A program made the translations under genes and the position numbers. The notes beneath the pieces were generated by a model. It was not told the DNA's origin. It ran no database searches and worked only from the letters and a program-made list of their open reading frames with translations. From Flavobacteriales bacterium (GTDB lineage: Bacteria; Bacteroidota; Bacteroidia; Flavobacteriales_D; Luteibaculaceae), in assembly GCA_047634195.1 (NCBI GenBank), contig JBLIDJ010000022.1, positions 1 through 24,000 on the forward strand: a stretch of 24,000 bases of DNA, in the 5' to 3' direction. Position 1 is the stretch's first letter; every line of letters starts with the position of its first letter. Shown here piece after piece: positions 8,844 through 17,619 of this stretch.

Positions 8844-9518
8844 TTATCGCTTATTTTGACTTCTAAGTATTGCTTCTGCAAAAATCAAATCTGATGGGTT
8901 GGTAATTTTTATGTTCTCCACATTTCCAGCAACAACATGTACTTTATTTCCTGCATGCTCCCACACCGATGCATCGTCAGTGAAAAATGATTGAAACCCA
9001 ACGCCATAACATGCTTTGAGTAGTTTTACATCAAAACATTGTGGTGTTTGCACGTTTAAAAATTTCGCACGATCGACAGATGTGGTTCCTTCACTCGTTT
9101 TCTCACGTAATGACTCTACGACTTCAGTTACGGGTATCGCAACACCATGAGCCATTGCTGTAGAATAACAGTTTTTTAAGGTCTCTGCACTCACTAAAGG
9201 CCTAACTCCATCATGAATACCTACAATGCCATCAGATACTGTATTAAGCCCATTTAAGACAGAATGAAACCGTTCTTTACCACCAACTACTATATGGTGC
9301 TTTAATGCAAAATTATGCGTTATAATTAGTTGCTTCCAAACACTGACATGTGCTTCTGGCAAAACCAACACAATATTAATATTGGGATTAAAACCAAAAA
9401 AAACCTTAATAGTATGCATCAAAATAGGCATACCATTAAGGTTTAAAAATTGTTTGGGTGTGGTAGATTTCATACGCAATCCACTTCCTCCTGCTACTAT
9501 GATAGCATGTTGCTGCAC
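8844..9518 (-). CDS. ispD: 2-C-methyl-D-erythritol 4-phosphate cytidylyltransferase
   Basis: 224 aa. AIIVAGGSGLRM...PKQFL N-terminal nucleotidyltransferase motif and IHDGVRPLV. The start lies 1 nt after the queA stop. Confidence 0.9.
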   Translation of the reverse strand: MQQHAIIVAGGSGLRMKSTTPKQFLNLNGMPILMHTIKVFFGFNPNINIVLVLPEAHVSVWKQLIITHNFALKHHIVVGGKERFHSVLNGLNTVSDGIVGIHDGVRPLVSAETLKNCYSTAMAHGVAIPVTEVVESLREKTSEGTTSVDRAKFLNVQTPQCFDVKLLKACYGVGFQSFFTDDASVWEHAGNKVHVVAGNVENIKITNPSDLIFAEAILRSQNKR

Positions 9519-9519
9519 A

Positions 9520-10569
9520 TTAAAGAATTAACATCGCATCGCCATAAGAGTAGAATTTGTATTTCTCTTTAATAGCAGTTTGATAAGCTTCCATCATTAA
9601 ATCATGTCCTGCAAACGCAGAAATCATCATTAATAAAGTAGATTCAGGTGTGTGGAAATTAGTAATCATACGATTAGCAATTGAAAAATCGTAAGGTGGG
9701 TAGATGAATTTGTTGGTCCATCCACTGAAAGGCTTAACATGACCATCTGTTGAAACTGATGATTCAACAGCTCTCATAACCGTGGTACCAACCGCACAAA
9801 TGTTTCGTTTGTTGTCTATACCTTTATTGATAATCTTAACTGCCGTTTCATCTATATGTGCCTGCTCAGAATCCATTTTGTGTTTACTCAAATCTTCTAC
9901 TTCTACTGGACGAAATGTACCTAATCCGATGTGTAGCGTAAGTTCAGCAAAATCAACACCTTTTAATTCTAATCTTTTCATTAACTGACGACTAAAATGC
10001 AAACCTGCTGTTGGTGCTGCTACAGCTCCTTCATTTTTTGCATAAATAGTTTGGTAACGACCTTCATCTTCTGGCTCAACTTCTCTGTTGATGTACTTAG
10101 GAATTGGTGTTTCACCAAGACTCATGATTGTTTTTTTGAAATCCTCGTAAGGACCATCATATAAAAAACGTAAAGTTCTACCTCTAGATGTAGTGTTATC
10201 TATTACCTCAGCTACTAATGAGTCATCCTCACCAAAGTATAATTTGTTTCCGATTCTGATTTTACGCGCTGGGTCAACCAATACGTCCCATAAAAGGCTT
10301 TCACGATTTAGTTCACGCAATAAAAACACTTCAATTTTAGCACCTGTTTTTTCCTTGTTACCGTACATACGGGCTGGAAACACCTTGGTGTTATTAAGTA
10401 TCATTACATCTTTATCGTCGAAATAATTTAAAACATCTTTGAATTGCTTATGCTCTATCGTTCCGGCTTTTCTATCTAAAACCATTAACCGAGCATCATC
10501 TCGATTGTCGGAAGGATGTGTAGCAATAAGTTCTTTAGGTATTTCAAACTTAAATTCTGATAATTTCAT
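9520..10569 (-). CDS. queA: S-adenosylmethionine:tRNA ribosyltransferase-isomerase
   Basis: 349 aa. [54 protein letters not shown]. Confidence 0.95.
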   Translation of the reverse strand: MKLSEFKFEIPKELIATHPSDNRDDARLMVLDRKAGTIEHKQFKDVLNYFDDKDVMILNNTKVFPARMYGNKEKTGAKIEVFLLRELNRESLLWDVLVDPARKIRIGNKLYFGEDDSLVAEVIDNTTSRGRTLRFLYDGPYEDFKKTIMSLGETPIPKYINREVEPEDEGRYQTIYAKNEGAVAAPTAGLHFSRQLMKRLELKGVDFAELTLHIGLGTFRPVEVEDLSKHKMDSEQAHIDETAVKIINKGIDNKRNICAVGTTVMRAVESSVSTDGHVKPFSGWTNKFIYPPYDFSIANRMITNFHTPESTLLMMISAFAGHDLMMEAYQTAIKEKYKFYSYGDAMLIL

Positions 10570-10689
10570 GTGCCTTACAATTTTGAAGTTTTCACCCGCT
10601 ATTTGGGCCTGCGAATTTACGTAAATATATGTGAATCTCGAATTATGTATTAGAAGTTTATTCTGATACGTTTAACAGTTATAAAATAT

Positions 10690-11545
10690 AGGGCTGCCAT
10701 TTAGTTGTTAGTCTTTTGTGTTGAGTGGTTAGTCCTCAGTAATAAGTAGTTAGTAACTAGGACTTAGAACCTATAACTTTAAGACTAAAGCCTAATAAAG
10801 ACAACTTGAATTACTTTTTTCCACTGCGTTACAAATGGAATGATGAACTTTCTAACCTTTGACTTTAAGACCTTTGACCTACTGACTTTACAAACCTTTG
10901 CAACTATGCAACTATCAAACTAATTCATCATTCAACATTAATAATTGAACATTACTAAAAACTTTCAGACTTCCCAACTTGATAAATCCATTAATCATTC
11001 AAAATTCAACATTTATTGAGCCTTTGCACTTCTTCTCGATACGCTCCGCTACTCTAAGTGACAACCTTCTATAGAATCTCGAAGAAAAATGATTTCCTAG
11101 TTATTTAACTTTCACAATTAATCATTCAAAATTCAACAATACCGATCCTTCCAACTCCTGACGGAGCTTGTCGAAGGGTTCAACTTTCTAAACCTTCAAA
11201 CCACCTAAGCTAAAAACCTTCCCCTTCGACCAATATTTCAAAAATGAAATACGCTCAGGGAACGGTTTTTTTTTACAATCATTGAAGCAAATGGAATACT
11301 CGGAACAGGTGCTTCTGACCTTAAACCCCGAAATCGGGACAAGCTCTGTGACCTGACACCTTAAACCTTGCGGACTTTCGACTTTCTGACTTTCAAAACT
11401 TGACAAACCCATTCAACATTCATCATTCATCATTCAAAATTCAACATTCAACATTCAACATTCAACATTTCTTGAGCCTTCCAACTATTTAAAATTCATC
11501 ATTAATCATTCAACATTTCTTAATCCCTTGACTCCCATCTGGAAA
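10690..11545. repeat. ORF-free island of dispersed and tandem short repeats with strong C>G skew on the + strand
   Basis: 988-bp gap between the truB stop and the queA start. Only one tracked ORF (74 aa). It contains recurrent TTCAACATT / TCATCATT / GACTTT / AACCTT / CCAACT words, a 21-mer present 3 times, and 7-8-bp tandem repeats. Confidence 0.7.
11439..11469. repeat. Heptanucleotide microsatellite (ATTCAAC) x4.4
   Basis: ATTCAAC at 11439, 11446, 11453 and 11460, plus a partial ATT. Confidence 0.9.
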
Positions 11546-11557
11546 TGCCTTATTGTA

Positions 11558-12283
11558 TTAATCCACTTTTTCTAAGATGCGAGGGAGCGCGTTTATTTCA
11601 TCCACCAATTCGAAAAGGTCGTAAGCGTTTTCCAATAAAAAATTTCCACTTCTAGTTCTTTCAAGGTCTATTAGGTGAGCACCACTGTTCATTTTTTTGC
11701 CTAAATCGTTGGCCAATGATCTGATGTACGTTCCTTTAGAGCAAACCACATGTACTTTTGCTATTAGATTTTCATATGACAATAAAGAAATTTTATGGAT
11801 GGTAATGAAGTTCATTCTCATGACAACTTCTTTGCCTTTACGTGCGCTCTTATAGGCGCGCCTTCCGTCTATCTTTTTTGCTGAAAAAATTGGTGGCACT
11901 TGTTCTTGCTCCCCTTCAAAAGTCGCTATTGCGGTTATTAACTCAGCTTCTGTGATATGCTCTGTCGGAAAAGTTTCATCGATTTTGGTTTCCAAATCAA
12001 ACGAAGGCGTCGTTGCGCCAAATTTTATGGTAGCCACATATTCTTTTTCGTCTTGAATAAAACCATCTATTTCTTTGGTCTTTTTTCCTGTGCAAAGCAC
12101 CAACAGACCTGTAGCAAGAGGATCTAAAGTTCCTGCATGACCTACTTTAAACTTTTTTTGACCATAGATGTGACGCAAGGCATACCTAACCTTTTTTACC
12201 ACATCAAAAGAAGTCCATCGTAGTGGCTTATTGATAAGCAATATTGCTCCTTCTTTGAAATCCATGTCAGTCACTGAACTCAT
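11558..12283 (-). CDS. truB: tRNA pseudouridine(55) synthase
   Basis: GAILLINKPLRWTSFDVV and GHAGTLDPLATGLL (catalytic Asp motif). I prefer the start ATG at 12283 because it forms an ATGA overlap with the uppP stop. The tracked ORF runs on to 12325. Confidence 0.93.
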   Translation of the reverse strand: MSSVTDMDFKEGAILLINKPLRWTSFDVVKKVRYALRHIYGQKKFKVGHAGTLDPLATGLLVLCTGKKTKEIDGFIQDEKEYVATIKFGATTPSFDLETKIDETFPTEHITEAELITAIATFEGEQEQVPPIFSAKKIDGRRAYKSARKGKEVVMRMNFITIHKISLLSYENLIAKVHVVCSKGTYIRSLANDLGKKMNSGAHLIDLERTRSGNFLLENAYDLFELVDEINALPRILEKVD

Positions 12284-13077
12284 ACGAAAGAGGCTATGAT
12301 GGCAATTGTACCTACAACAAAACAATAGATAGCGAAATAATTAAGCTTGCTACTCTTCACCAATTTTATCATCCATTTACAAGCAACTAAACCCGATACA
12401 AATGCAGCGATAAATCCAACGACTAAGCTGGTTGTATCTATGTTAGTCATTACTACATCACCCCCAACCAATTCTTTAATTTTCAATAAGGTAACACCGC
12501 CAATAACAGGAAGTACCATTAAAAAAGAAAAGCGAGCAGATTGTTCTTTACTAACTCCGCTCAATAAGGCTGTAGCAATCGTGGAACCACTTCTTGAAAT
12601 ACCAGGCAAAACAGCTATTCCTTGTGCAATACCTATGAGCATTACATTTTTAAAGTTAAGTTTCGTGTCACCCTTGTTTTTCAAACGTGTTGTTAAAAAC
12701 AGTAAGCCCCCTGTAACAAGTAACATGAGCCCTACTAATAAAATATTACCCATAAAAATTCGCTCTATGTCTTTTTCGAAAAGAACACCGATAACTCCGG
12801 CAGGTATCATAGAAACAGCAATAAATGCAACATATTTGGTTGCCTCATTCCATTTGAATGCAAATAAATCACTAATCAACCATTTTATTTCTTTCCAAAA
12901 AATAACAACGGTACTCAATGCTGTCGCAGCATGAACGATGATCGTGAAAAGTAAATTTTCTTTGATGGTTACCCCAAGTAATGCTTTGGCTATTTCAATA
13001 TGCCCACTACTACTAACAGGTAAAAATTCGGTAAGGCCTTGTACCAAGCCAATGATAATTGCTTCTAAAATGCTCAT
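12280..13077 (-). CDS. uppP: Undecaprenyl-diphosphate phosphatase
   Basis: ILEAIIIGLVQGLTEFLPVSSSGH and PGISRSGSTI motifs; polytopic membrane protein. I prefer the start at MSILEAII (13077) over 13107. ORFs 12347..12934 and 12938..13255 (+) are antisense shadows. Confidence 0.93.
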   Translation of the reverse strand: MSILEAIIIGLVQGLTEFLPVSSSGHIEIAKALLGVTIKENLLFTIIVHAATALSTVVIFWKEIKWLISDLFAFKWNEATKYVAFIAVSMIPAGVIGVLFEKDIERIFMGNILLVGLMLLVTGGLLFLTTRLKNKGDTKLNFKNVMLIGIAQGIAVLPGISRSGSTIATALLSGVSKEQSARFSFLMVLPVIGGVTLLKIKELVGGDVVMTNIDTTSLVVGFIAAFVSGLVACKWMIKLVKSSKLNYFAIYCFVVGTIAIIASFV

Positions 13078-13143
13078 ACAACAAAATGCCTCAAGTAAAA
13101 AAGACAAAGCTCTGCTACTTAAGGCTAAAAATAAAGGTGAATA

Positions 13144-13383
13144 TTATTTTGATTTTTTCATGATGGCATACATCACAATAGCATACCCAGCTAGGGTAAC
13201 AATGGGTGCTAAGGTAATTCTACGAAAACTAAAAAGCTCTTCTCCATTAAATTGAGTAGGGTCATCTGTTCCACCCCCCGACATCAAAGCATAACCAACT
13301 AATATAGTTCCAAGTCCTATGAATAATAGTTTGTAGTTTTCTTTGCTGAAAACAAATTCTTTAATGTGTTGATTGTTCTTCAT
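13144..13383 (-). CDS. DUF3098-family small membrane protein
   Basis: 79 aa with two TM helices, FSKENYKLLFIGLGTILVGYALM...FSFRRITLAP. It sits in the conserved Bacteroidota position between ftsX and uppP. Confidence 0.7.
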   Translation of the reverse strand: MKNNQHIKEFVFSKENYKLLFIGLGTILVGYALMSGGGTDDPTQFNGEELFSFRRITLAPIVTLAGYAIVMYAIMKKSK

Positions 13384-13385
13384 AA

Positions 13386-14255
13386 TTAATACAATTTATC
13401 GCTGTCTAATCTAACATATCGGCGCACAGCTAGTGCTGTAGAAAACCAAGAAATGCTTATTCCCAGCGCAATTACTAATAAAAATATTTTGATAAATGTT
13501 TCGGCGTCTTGTAGCTCAAAAAATTCGGGGATCTCGTTTTGGACTAGGTAAATAACTCCCATGATTAACGCTGTTGCAAAAATTCCAGCATATACACCTT
13601 GCCTAAACGCCTGACCTACAAATGGCTTGCGAATGAAAGAGTTTTTAGCTCCAACTAGTTGCATGGTTTTTATTAAAAATCTTTTGGAGTAAATAGCGAG
13701 TCGGATGGTATTATTGATCAGTGCAATGGCTATTAATAGCAGCAAGGCACTAAAAGCCAAAATAACCAATGAAATACGCTCTATATTTTCGTTGATTTTT
13801 TGAATAAGATCAGGACTATAAACAACTTCTTTAACTTTATTGTTGGCCATTAACTCGCTTTCTATCCACGTTATACTGTCAGGGTTCGCATAGTCAGCCT
13901 TTAGGTTTATGTCTATGCTGTTTAACAGAGGGTTGTATCCAAGAAATGAAACAAAATCTTCACCTAGTTCTTTTTGTAGATTACTAGCCGCTTCTTCTTT
14001 GTTGACAAACGTGGTAGATTTTACGTAAAGTTTTGAATCAAATGATTTTTGAACACGTGTTAAGTCCGCTTCTTTGACATCTTCTTTTAAAAACACTTGA
14101 AATTGGATGTTTTCTTTTACGTAATCTGAAAGCTTTTTGGCATTCATAAGCACAAGGCTAAGTGTCCCTAACATGAACAACACTAGGGTTATACCAACAG
14201 TAGTACTTACCCCTCCTGTTTTTGATGCGCTTTTTTTACGTTTGTATCTAGCCAT
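13386..14255 (-). CDS. ftsX: Cell division protein FtsX-like permease
   Basis: 289 aa. N-terminal TM helix, a periplasmic loop of roughly 130 aa, then a C-terminal FtsX 3-TM bundle (MQLVGAKNSFIRKPF). Confidence 0.8.
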   Translation of the reverse strand: MARYKRKKSASKTGGVSTTVGITLVLFMLGTLSLVLMNAKKLSDYVKENIQFQVFLKEDVKEADLTRVQKSFDSKLYVKSTTFVNKEEAASNLQKELGEDFVSFLGYNPLLNSIDINLKADYANPDSITWIESELMANNKVKEVVYSPDLIQKINENIERISLVILAFSALLLLIAIALINNTIRLAIYSKRFLIKTMQLVGAKNSFIRKPFVGQAFRQGVYAGIFATALIMGVIYLVQNEIPEFFELQDAETFIKIFLLVIALGISISWFSTALAVRRYVRLDSDKLY

Positions 14256-14360
14256 AATATTTAACGTGAGCTAAAATAATAAAATACACCTTGTGCTTAA
14301 CATTATCCATGTTTCTTTGTTAAGCTTGTTATGATTTCATCAAATGAAGTTCAATATTTC

Positions 14361-14579
14361 CTATTTACTAGAAAATCCAACAACAAGTTCTTTTATCCAA
14401 TAAATAACCAAACCCAAAATAGGAATAAAAAGAATGACCGAAAGCCATCCTATTTTTTCTTTCATGGTCGTTTTGTGACTACTCAGTATAAAAATAATGG
14501 AGCTAAAATAAATCACCACTAAAACAGTGAAGAACAGCACCATTTGAAATAAAGACAATCCAAATGGTAAATTATTCAT
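14361..14579 (-). CDS. Small membrane protein with a PLD-nuclease N-terminal (PLDc_N)-like motif
   Basis: 72 aa with two TM helices; GWLSVILFIPILGLVIYWI resembles the PLDc_N W...P.lG...Y motif. Same strand and tight spacing with its neighbours. Preferred over the opposite-strand ORF 14331..14522. Confidence 0.5.
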   Translation of the reverse strand: MNNLPFGLSLFQMVLFFTVLVVIYFSSIIFILSSHKTTMKEKIGWLSVILFIPILGLVIYWIKELVVGFSSK

Positions 14580-14593
14580 GTGTTATCCTTTAG

Positions 14594-15676
14594 TTAAGCG
14601 ACATTGTCGCCAAATTCGTGTTTAATATCTATCACAAATTGTTTTATTTTTTGTTCATCATCCTTTTTGCAAACTAGTAATACATCATTTGCATCCACAA
14701 CTATATAGTCTTTTAGACCTTGCAGTACCACCAATTTGTTTTTAGGCACATGTACTATGTTGCCTTCACTTTCGTACAATCTTACCTTTTTTCCTGTAAC
14801 TCCGTTGTTGTTTTTATCATGATTTAAATGCGTGTACAAACTCCCCCACGTACCCAAATCGCTCCAACCAAAATCTGATAAAACAACAAAAACGCTAGTT
14901 GCCTTTTCCATGATTCCAAAATCTATGGATACATTGGTGCAGGTTTCGTAGGTGCTTTTTATAAAATTAACTTCCCTTTTGGTATTATAAATCCCTCTCC
15001 CCTCTTCAAACAGGCGTGCCATATCTGGCAAATGCGCTTCGAATTGAGCAATGATAGTTTTTGTGTTCCAGATAAAAATACCAGAATTCCAGTAAAAGTC
15101 ACCACTTTCAATAAATTGCTTTGCTAGCTCTTTATCTGGTTTTTCTGTAAATGTCTTTACTCTTCTTACACGTCCGTCGTTTTCTTCATCAACAAACTGT
15201 ATGTAGCCATACCCTGTATCAGGTCTGCTTGGTTTTATCCCTAAGGTTACCAAACAGTTGTCATGTGCTTTCGACAATCCTTCAACAACTGTTGCAACAA
15301 ATGCTTCTTCTTTCAAAATCAAATGGTCAGAAGGTGCAACAATCATTTGAGCAGCTGGATTAATCTCATGTATCTTATATGCCGCATAAGCTACACATGG
15401 AGCAGTATTCCTTCTACTTGGCTCACATAAAATTTGAGCGTCCGTAATCGCAGGTATTTGTTCTTTAACCAATTGCTTGTAATCTTCGTGTGTTACCACA
15501 AAAATATTTTCTGCAAGGCATATTTTCTCAAAACGATCAAAGGTTTGTTGAATCAAGGTCTTACCAGTCCCCAATACATCGTGAAACTGTTTTGGAAAAT
15601 CACTCTTACTCATTGGCCAAAAACGGCTACCTATTCCGCCAGCCATGATGACACAATAATGATTTGGATTAATCAT
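14594..15676 (-). CDS. Mannose-1-phosphate guanylyltransferase (no isomerase domain)
   Basis: 360 aa. VIMAGGIGSRFWPMS nucleotidyltransferase P-loop-like motif, PSDHLI, YGYI. Confidence 0.85.
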   Translation of the reverse strand: MINPNHYCVIMAGGIGSRFWPMSKSDFPKQFHDVLGTGKTLIQQTFDRFEKICLAENIFVVTHEDYKQLVKEQIPAITDAQILCEPSRRNTAPCVAYAAYKIHEINPAAQMIVAPSDHLILKEEAFVATVVEGLSKAHDNCLVTLGIKPSRPDTGYGYIQFVDEENDGRVRRVKTFTEKPDKELAKQFIESGDFYWNSGIFIWNTKTIIAQFEAHLPDMARLFEEGRGIYNTKREVNFIKSTYETCTNVSIDFGIMEKATSVFVVLSDFGWSDLGTWGSLYTHLNHDKNNNGVTGKKVRLYESEGNIVHVPKNKLVVLQGLKDYIVVDANDVLLVCKKDDEQKIKQFVIDIKHEFGDNVA

Positions 15677-15689
15677 AAAAATTTTTTAG

Positions 15690-16967
15690 TTAAGAAAGTT
15701 GCTGTAAGGCAGCTTTTAATTGACTTAATATTTCTTTAATATCAGATTTTGTAGTAGTTCCAACAGACAAACGATACCAAGTACTATCAACCGATGAACC
15801 AAAGGCATTAAAGGGTACTAATGCTATTTTTGCTTCTTCGAGTAAAAATCTGGTGATATCGGCTGTTGTTTTAATCGTCTCGCCGTTGCTTAATTTTTTG
15901 TCTATCAAATTAAATTGAACTGTCAAATAAATAGCAGCTTGAGGGTTGATGACATTAACTGGAAAACCTTCTTTCTTTAATTCCTCAAATCCTTCAAAAA
16001 AGCCGAATAAACGTTCGCTAATTCTGTTTTTAAATTGAGTCAAAAAATTGATTACATCATTTTCTCTTGTCAGATAATTGGCTGTAGCAACTTGTTCAGC
16101 TTTTGGTGCCCAAGCTCCAACATGTCCGAGTATGGCTTTCATTTTGTTGATGATTTCTGTAGGTCCAAAACTCCAACCTACACGCACACCTGTCGCCGCA
16201 AAAGCTTTTGATAGTCCATCAATGTATATGGTATGAGGTTTTAATGCTGGGTATAAACTTACTGGATCAACATGCTTCACGTCGTTATATGTAAGCACCC
16301 AATATATTTGATCGTACAAAATGTACAATGGCTTTTGAGACTCTCCACGTCTTTTATTTTCCGCAATAACTAGCTCACAAATTTCTCTTAATTGTTCTTC
16401 CGAAAAAGCAGTTCCTGTTGGGTTTAACGGAGAACACAATGCCAAAAGAGTTGCATCTTGTATGTAAGGCTTTAGTTCAGCAGCCGTAGGCATAAAATTA
16501 TTCTCAGGCAATGTTTCTATAAACACTTGCTTGGCATGAGACAAATGTGCGTAGTGATTATTATTCCACGAAGGAACTGGGAAAAGTATCGTATCACCTG
16601 GATCAACCAGTGTTTGATAAGCAGCGTAAATTAAAGGCCGGGCTCCTCCAGCAATTAAAAAATTGTTTTTTGAATAGTGTAAACCTTGATGTTTGTTGAT
16701 GAAATTAGAAACAGCCTCTCGCAATTCATCAATACCATTGGCGGCGGGATAATTTGTTTCATTTGATTCATATGCACAAATAATTTCTTCTTTTAATCCT
16801 TCTGGAATAGAGAAAATGTTAGGGTCAAAATCACCAATAGTTAGGTTATGAATCTTTTCACCATTAGCTATTTTCTCTTTGATTTCACCAGCGAGTTTTA
16901 TAATTTCTGAACCAACTAATTGTTCAGCCATTTGGGATACTTTGCTTTGAGTAAGAACGGTATTCAT
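15690..16967 (-). CDS. PLP-dependent aminotransferase, class I/II
   Basis: 425 aa. NPTG motif and the PLP-lysine motif DGLSKAFAATGVRVGW. Confidence 0.85.
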   Translation of the reverse strand: MNTVLTQSKVSQMAEQLVGSEIIKLAGEIKEKIANGEKIHNLTIGDFDPNIFSIPEGLKEEIICAYESNETNYPAANGIDELREAVSNFINKHQGLHYSKNNFLIAGGARPLIYAAYQTLVDPGDTILFPVPSWNNNHYAHLSHAKQVFIETLPENNFMPTAAELKPYIQDATLLALCSPLNPTGTAFSEEQLREICELVIAENKRRGESQKPLYILYDQIYWVLTYNDVKHVDPVSLYPALKPHTIYIDGLSKAFAATGVRVGWSFGPTEIINKMKAILGHVGAWAPKAEQVATANYLTRENDVINFLTQFKNRISERLFGFFEGFEELKKEGFPVNVINPQAAIYLTVQFNLIDKKLSNGETIKTTADITRFLLEEAKIALVPFNAFGSSVDSTWYRLSVGTTTKSDIKEILSQLKAALQQLS

Positions 16968-17022
16968 GTGTATGAAATTAATGTTGGGTAAAGATAAAAC
17001 AACCTTAGTAAACTTCTCAATT

Positions 17023-17619
17023 TTATTTAGCCATTTCTACCATGGCTGATTCACTAAAGGTAAAAGGTTTTCTTAAAGGTAGTCGATAACACAAATATCG
17101 TGTTCTTCTTTTTTGTCCTAATACATAAACATGTTTGTTGTAGGTAAATTGCTCGCCTAAAGTTAATGAGGTAATGGAAACATGCTCATCTGAATTTACA
17201 TTTGGAGTCCAAAGTTGCATCAGTTGCTTGTCGTAACATGTAGACGACTTCACATTCATAGCATGGGCAGTAATTGCTTTTTGATATGCCATTGGAAAAA
17301 AACCTTCATCTAACAATCTTAACACATAAGCAGCATACGTTCGCTTCCATTCCGATCCATGCGGGTTAATTTTCCTGCCGTATTTTATGTGACAAATAGC
17401 ATGTGCTAGCTCATGAAAAAAGGTGAGACTGGCATGATACGTATTTAAATTATTATTGACAGTGATGATTAATTTATCGCTTGAATACGCCCTAAAATCA
17501 CCGAATTTTGTTTTTCTGGGAGCAACAAACTTAATAAGTACGTTTAAATCAACTATCAAAGATTCAACATCAGCATGCATTGATGTTGGTGTGATATCAG
17601 TCCAATTATTAATCGTCAT
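17023..17619 (-). CDS. SprT-like zinc metalloprotease domain protein
   Basis: 198 aa. FHELAHAICH (HExxH) followed by HGSEWK, as in SprT-family proteins. Confidence 0.7.
   Translation of the reverse strand: MTINNWTDITPTSMHADVESLIVDLNVLIKFVAPRKTKFGDFRAYSSDKLIITVNNNLNTYHASLTFFHELAHAICHIKYGRKINPHGSEWKRTYAAYVLRLLDEGFFPMAYQKAITAHAMNVKSSTCYDKQLMQLWTPNVNSDEHVSITSLTLGEQFTYNKHVYVLGQKRRTRYLCYRLPLRKPFTFSESAMVEMAK

Noticed and set aside
11300-11350. CAGGTGCTTCTGACC / GGTGTCAGGTCACAGAGC (minus strand) vaguely recalled SRP RNA helix 8; the region was also scanned for a tRNA T-arm.
   Set aside because: The conserved GGAAGCAGC and GNAR-loop context of SRP RNA is absent. No GGTTCGAATCC-like T-arm or cloverleaf could be built.
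11188-11412. The 74-aa minus-strand ORF inside the repeat island.
   Set aside because: It lies in the skewed, repetitive sequence and has no recognisable motif or signal. It looks like a chance open frame in C-poor sequence. Kept as non-coding.
10924-11536. A possible degenerate CRISPR array, because of the repeated 21-mer with intervening unique sequence.
   Set aside because: Start-to-start spacings are irregular (about 67 to 308 bp). The repeats are A/T-rich, non-palindromic and degenerate, and the spacers themselves are built from the same word set. There are no cas genes in the window.
10570-11557. A possible chromosomal replication origin (a long AT-rich intergenic region with repeats).
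   Set aside because: I found no cluster of TTATCCACA-like DnaA boxes, only isolated partial matches such as TGTGAATCT at about 10631. There is no dnaA or dnaN nearby and no switch in gene orientation across the region.
12284-12325. Longer N-terminal extensions in the tracked ORFs: truB to 12325, uppP to 13107, symporter to 2292.
   Set aside because: The extensions add Cys-rich or non-conserved residues ahead of the canonical family N-termini. For truB the internal ATG gives an ATGA overlap with the uppP stop. The upstream starts cannot be strictly excluded without homologue alignments.
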